From a virus (lineage: Duplodnaviria > Caudoviricetes), in the IMG/VR virus record IMGVR_UViG_3300009168_000008, positions 456 through 64,455 of that record: a stretch of 64,000 nucleotides of DNA. The stretch is one strand, 5' to 3'. This document shows positions 59,729 through 64,000 of this stretch, one piece after another. The position numbers and the translations under genes were made by a program. The stretch's first letter is position 1, and each line of letters opens with the position of its first letter. The notes below the pieces were generated by a model. It was not told the DNA's origin. It was given only the letters and a program-made list of their open reading frames with translations, and did not search any database.

Positions 59729-61536
59729 GCCGGCTCCAGCGCGATCGTCTCGGGGCACGACGCCAGGAGCGTCCCGAGAACGACCGCCGAGTGGGCCCGC
59801 TGTGACCCGAGCAGCCCGCGCACGTAGAAGTCGAGCGTCGAGATGACCGTCGGGGGGTCGTCGGTGTACGGCTGCAACACGTCGTACGCGCAGTCCCACG
59901 CCCCGGCGAGCAGCTTGTCCGGGTCACCGGCGAGCGAGCGGTACACGTCGGTCGCCTGCATCGCCGAGGTGTCGGTGCGCGGGTGGGCGTTGCGGAGCCG
60001 GTTGCCCGCCCGCTCCAAGGCCCGGTACACGAGCACGTCACACGTCGCCGCCAGCCCGGGGCCGCCGCGGTCGATGGCGCGCTGGGTCCGGGCGATCCGC
60101 GCCTCGGCGTCGGCGCGGGTCGGAATCTCGCGGCTCGGCAGGTCGGGGTTGGTATCGGTGCGCATGTCGTCGGGGGGCGGGCGGTTCTCCTTCGACGTCA
60201 TCGCCGGCATCTGGAGGTCGGCCCCGAGCAGGCGCAGCGCGGCGTCGGTCTGCTCCGGGGAGGTCGAGCCGGTGGCGATCTTGCGCAGCAGCCAGCGGAC
60301 GAACTCCTCGGCCGGGGGCGTGTCCTCGGGTTGGAACCCCGTCTCGCGGCGCAGCGCCAGGCCGCTGAGCTCGCCGCGGTCGTACAGCTCGATCGCCTCT
60401 TGCGAGCGGTTGGGGCGCAAGCGGATGGACGACGTGTCGGCGAGGCAGAAGAAGTTCTCGGGGTCGGGGACCAAGCCCTCGATCGCCGGGCGGAGGTAGG
60501 CCGTGGTCGTTGCATAGGAAACGACGCTGAGCCTCGGCTCGAGGTGTGCCTTGACCGCCGACTCCTCGCTCAGCCATGCGTTCCAGTGGTTGGCGTCGGA
60601 AATGCCCAGCAGGACTTCCGGGGGCACGTCCCATCCGAGGGCGAGGCGCTTGATCGCCGCGTCGCGCATCTCGATCACGGCCTTGTCGAGCTCGGTCCAG
60701 AACTTGATGTGCTCGTTCTTGCCCAAGCTCTCCGTCGGGACCATCGCCACGATCGGGACGATCGCGGACGGGTCGGAGCGGTCGGCGATCGGCGTCATCA
60801 TCGACTCGCCGAGTAGGGCCATGAAGATCTGCGCCTGGGACGCTTGCGGGTCCATCCCGGGGGGGACCGGGAACTGCACCTCGTTGGAGAGGAACAGGAT
60901 TCCCGCGCCGGCCAGGCGCGACGTGATCTGGGCGGTGATGTGGGCGTCGTACGACACCACCTGGGCCAGCGTCGACAGCGTGGAGCGGACGGGGCTGTCG
61001 GGGCGGGTCGGGTCACGCGGAGGGGGGGTCCAGATGCGGATGACGAGGTCCTGCGTCGGGTCCATCGGCGTGCGCCCGCCGTCGGTGCCGAAGTCGGCCG
61101 TGATCTTGGGGGCGACCTTGCCCGGCTGCTGGGTGACCTTCCCGGCGGCGAGCACGTTCCAGATGTCGCCCTTGGCGCGGTTGGTGACGTAGCACTCGCC
61201 GGCCACGGTGAGGTGGACGCCGACGTTCTGGAGCATCTCCGACTGGCCCTGGGGGCCTCCGTAGAACTCCTCCATCGCTTCCGCCGCCGGTCCGTTGGCG
61301 AGCGGAATGAGCATCCGGCCTTCCAGATGTGCCGCCGTGAGGCGGGCGCGGCTCATCACGTTGCCGGTCCAGTTGGCGACCTGGCGCAGCTCGCCGACGG
61401 TGTCGTGGTAGTTCCAGGCCGTCGACTGCCACTCCTCGGAGCGCCCCGCTTGGTTGCGGGAGGCGGTCGGCAAGCGGACCGCCGAAGCGAGGAATCCGGT
61501 CGGGGCCTCGGGCTCTTTCGTGCGCGGCCGTGCCAT
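59725..61536 (-). CDS. Portal protein
   Basis: 603 aa downstream of terL; actinophage portal-like motifs (SRLAGAGILF, IKRLALGWDVPPE). Confidence 0.85.
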   Translation of the reverse strand: MARPRTKEPEAPTGFLASAVRLPTASRNQAGRSEEWQSTAWNYHDTVGELRQVANWTGNVMSRARLTAAHLEGRMLIPLANGPAAEAMEEFYGGPQGQSEMLQNVGVHLTVAGECYVTNRAKGDIWNVLAAGKVTQQPGKVAPKITADFGTDGGRTPMDPTQDLVIRIWTPPPRDPTRPDSPVRSTLSTLAQVVSYDAHITAQITSRLAGAGILFLSNEVQFPVPPGMDPQASQAQIFMALLGESMMTPIADRSDPSAIVPIVAMVPTESLGKNEHIKFWTELDKAVIEMRDAAIKRLALGWDVPPEVLLGISDANHWNAWLSEESAVKAHLEPRLSVVSYATTTAYLRPAIEGLVPDPENFFCLADTSSIRLRPNRSQEAIELYDRGELSGLALRRETGFQPEDTPPAEEFVRWLLRKIATGSTSPEQTDAALRLLGADLQMPAMTSKENRPPPDDMRTDTNPDLPSREIPTRADAEARIARTQRAIDRGGPGLAATCDVLVYRALERAGNRLRNAHPRTDTSAMQATDVYRSLAGDPDKLLAGAWDCAYDVLQPYTDDPPTVISTLDFYVRGLLGSQRAHSAVVLGTLLASCPETIALEPA

Positions 61537-61555
61537 CGCCGCGAGAGGTTACGCC

Positions 61556-61894
61556 CTAGCGCTGGTCGGGCGGGATATCCCTCATGCTGATGTAGGCGGC
61601 GAGCCACGAGACGGCGGCCCAGCCGTTGACGATCCACCAGGCCCAATTGTTGACCGTCCAGGTCGGGAATCGCCACATGAGGGCGAACCAGGCGACCGCC
61701 GGGAGCGACACGTACGGCGCAACGCACCACGGGCACTCGATCAGCGGCAGCCACTCGTCGCTGGCCTTGCGGGCGTACAGACGGCGCGCCTTCTCCATCG
61801 GCGGCCATGCGTCATCGACCACGAGACGCACGACCCGCGTCACCGCCAACACGCCGACGATGATCGCCAGGACGAGGACGAACTCGCGGCTCAT
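61556..61894 (-). CDS. DUF1360-like membrane protein
   Basis: RVVRLVVDD...CPWC plus TM segments. Confidence 0.7.
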   Translation of the reverse strand: MSREFVLVLAIIVGVLAVTRVVRLVVDDAWPPMEKARRLYARKASDEWLPLIECPWCVAPYVSLPAVAWFALMWRFPTWTVNNWAWWIVNGWAAVSWLAAYISMRDIPPDQR

Positions 61895-62282
61895 GCGTGC
61901 TCGGCGTTCCACTCGGCCAAGCGGTCCTCGGGGACGTAGACCTCGGCCGGGCGGTCGCCGTTCCACTCGACGCTCCCCGTGGCGACCAAGGTCACGGTCG
62001 GCCCCGGGAAGCGGCAGTAGGCGAGCGGGCGGGCCTCGAACTCGCGCCACTGTCCTTCGAGCGCCGGGTCGCCGGTGAGGCGGAGGACGGCGATCACTGC
62101 GTCAGCTCGGGGGGTAACTGGTCGCTGGCGGCGCGCAACTTGGCGATCTCGGCATCGGTGATCTGGCGGTGGACGCCCTTGGTCGGCACGAACGGCGGGC
62201 CGTCGGCGACCTCTTCCTCGCAGAACGCGCAGAGGATCGTGCCGTCCTCCAAGCGGACCTGGAGCATGTGCTTGCACGTCAT
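61891..62282 (-). CDS. Two small hypothetical genes (61891-62097, 62094-62282)
   Basis: Coupled overlaps. Confidence 0.55.
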
Positions 62283-63202
62283 GCCGCAGCGACGATCTCG
62301 TCGCCGAGGGCGTCGAAGCTCTCGCCCCACGCGCTCTGCTCCGTGGTGTAGAGCGTCTGGTCGGTGCACAGCCCGCCGAAGGCGTAGGCCATCGAGGCCT
62401 CGACCACGTCGCCCCGCGTGAGGTAGAACCTCGCCAGGTCGACCCACGGCTCGCGGCGCTGTGAGCTCTCGCCGATCGCCGCCCACAACCACCGCTCCGG
62501 CTCGTAGTCGATCGCGGCCAGGATGCGCAGAGCCTCGGCCCGCTCCGCGCTCCATCCGTTGGGCAAGGAGAGGAAGTAGGTCATCGCCGCCCGGCAGCGG
62601 TCCCAGTGCCCCGCGTACCAACACTCGCGCCCGTAGTAGAAGGCCATCCGGTGGTCGTTGGGGTACTCGATCGTCGCCTCGCGCAAGGCGTCGAGGTTGC
62701 GGTCGTGGTGGGGCCGGCGCTCCTTCGGGTGGTGGTGAATCTGGATCACCGTCGGGACCACGGGGCCGACCTCGCCGACCAGGACCTCGTGCGTCGGATA
62801 CTTCCAACGGTGGCCCGCTCTCCGGTGGATGTCGTCGCGGGTATGGCTCAGCCACCCGTTGCCGTGGTTGATCACGGTCACCCGATACCGACTGGCGGCG
62901 GGGTGGTAGCAGCTCTCCAATTGCTCGCGCCATCCCTCGCCGAGACGCTCGTCGGCGTCGAGCCGCACGTACACGTCGGCGGCGGGGGCCAGGGCCAGCG
63001 CGGCGTTGCGGGCGTCGTCGAAGCGGAAGGGGTCGAAGAAGGCCTTGGCGTGTTCGATGGAGAGGCCGTGGAGCATGTCGTGGGTCTGATCGGTGCTCCC
63101 CGTGTCGAGCACGAAACAGGCGTCAGCCGCCGCCGTGGTCTCGGCCCAGTCGCTGACGTTGTGCTCCTCGTCGCGCATGATGGCGTAGACGCAGACCTTC
63201 AC
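62279..63202 (-). CDS. GT2 glycosyltransferase with TPR-like C-terminus
   Basis: YAIMRDE, DTGSTD, FDDARN, LDADE, THE. Confidence 0.85.
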   Translation of the reverse strand: MKVCVYAIMRDEEHNVSDWAETTAAADACFVLDTGSTDQTHDMLHGLSIEHAKAFFDPFRFDDARNAALALAPAADVYVRLDADERLGEGWREQLESCYHPAASRYRVTVINHGNGWLSHTRDDIHRRAGHRWKYPTHEVLVGEVGPVVPTVIQIHHHPKERRPHHDRNLDALREATIEYPNDHRMAFYYGRECWYAGHWDRCRAAMTYFLSLPNGWSAERAEALRILAAIDYEPERWLWAAIGESSQRREPWVDLARFYLTRGDVVEASMAYAFGGLCTDQTLYTTEQSAWGESFDALGDEIVAAA

Positions 63203-63408
63203 AGGAACCTCACCAGCGTCAGCCCGTCGTGGCCGTGGACGTGCTCGACAGATGCGATGCCGCCGTCGTGCCAGACGACACTCGTCGGGTACTTGCCGAC
63301 CCATCGGAGGCAGACCGTGCCGTCGGTGAACTCGACGCCCTCGGCGACGATCCCGTCCCCGGAGACGCCGGTCACGTCGACCGAGCGGTCGAGCACGAAC
63401 ATCCTCAT
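63199..63408 (-). CDS. Small phage protein
   Basis: DVTGVSGDGIVAEGVEF..HGHDG. Confidence 0.7.
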   Translation of the reverse strand: MRMFVLDRSVDVTGVSGDGIVAEGVEFTDGTVCLRWVGKYPTSVVWHDGGIASVEHVHGHDGLTLVRFL

Positions 63409-64000
63409 CGACGGACCTCGATCCGCGGGCGCGGCCCCCGCGCGGGGGTCGGTCGGCCGCGCAATTGCGACGGGCTTGCAATAGCGCCGACCTGTGACCT
63501 ACCCAGAAGCTCGGTCGCGGCGTGGACGAGAGCGTCGAGCCGGTTGGGCGAATCGCGGTCCTCGTAGGGCTGCCAACTGGTCAGCTCTTCCTCCAACTCG
63601 TCGAAGGTGCCGACGTGGTGGGCGCGGTGTTGCTCGTAGACGGCGACGATCGGCTCGGCGCGGATCGCCTTGCCACGTCGTGAGTGCACGCCGATGACGC
63701 GCTTGGGGACGCCCGCCTGTCTCAGGTTGCTCGTGACCATCTCGCCGCCGTAGTTCGTCTCGGCGACGACGGCGTCGGCCGAGAACTCCTCGAACGCCGC
63801 GTCGACCGCCATCGCCCACCCGTACGGGCTCATCCGGCCACTCCGGTCGGCCAACGGGTAGATGTCGTTGCCGGATCGCCCGATGACGATGATCCCGGTC
63901 TCGTCGTTCGTGCGCTTGGCTCCGCCGGCGGGGTCGACGCCGATGACCACGCGGTCCATCGGCGGGGCGATCGCCACACGGTCCGGCTCGATCATCTCCC
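63405..64000 (-). CDS. terL: Terminase large subunit, C-terminal nuclease part (enters from the right edge)
   Basis: IGVDPA, DETGI, AETNYGG, GKAIRAEP, SPNRLDA. Confidence 0.92.
   Translation of the reverse strand, partial: EMIEPDRVAIAPPMDRVVIGVDPAGGAKRTNDETGIIVIGRSGNDIYPLADRSGRMSPYGWAMAVDAAFEEFSADAVVAETNYGGEMVTSNLRQAGVPKRVIGVHSRRGKAIRAEPIVAVYEQHRAHHVGTFDELEEELTSWQPYEDRDSPNRLDALVHAATELLGRSQVGAIASPSQLRGRPTPARGPRPRIEVRR
63433..63450. repeat. 18-bp palindrome, copy 5 (one mismatch, end of terL)
   Basis: GGCCCCCGCGCGGGGGTC. Confidence 0.85.

Overview
The window holds a nearly complete, high-GC, actinobacteriophage-like siphovirus genome. The terminase large subunit is split across the window edges (N-terminus <1..458, C-terminus 63405..>64000, both minus strand), so the genome is probably circular or circularly permuted and only slightly longer than 64 kb. 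The layout is: a packaging/RHH operon (minus, 1-1.8 kb); a divergent control region; a long plus-strand early region of small genes punctuated by structured repeats and two tRNA-like elements (2.1-19.5 kb); a convergent DNA-hypermodification cluster (TAGT-like glycosyltransferase, aGPT-Pplase2/AADT, dual-specificity phosphatase vs P-loop kinase, TET/JBP, ParB-like; 19.6-23.9 kb); accessory and recombination genes (HNH, Thr-rich secreted protein, ERF); and a minus-strand lysis/tail/head module (33.8-64 kb) with an oppositely oriented C5-methyltransferase inserted. I recognised no polymerase, helicase, primase or integrase. The most unusual signals are an 18-bp palindrome GGCCCCCGCGCGGGGGCC dispersed at five sites (one in the modification-operon promoter), a ~104-nt hairpin exposing two anti-SD strands complementary to the GAAAGGAAC motif in front of ~17 non-structural genes, and three covarying two-state RNA elements upstream of RBSs. 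All protein family calls come from motif recognition by eye, not database searches.
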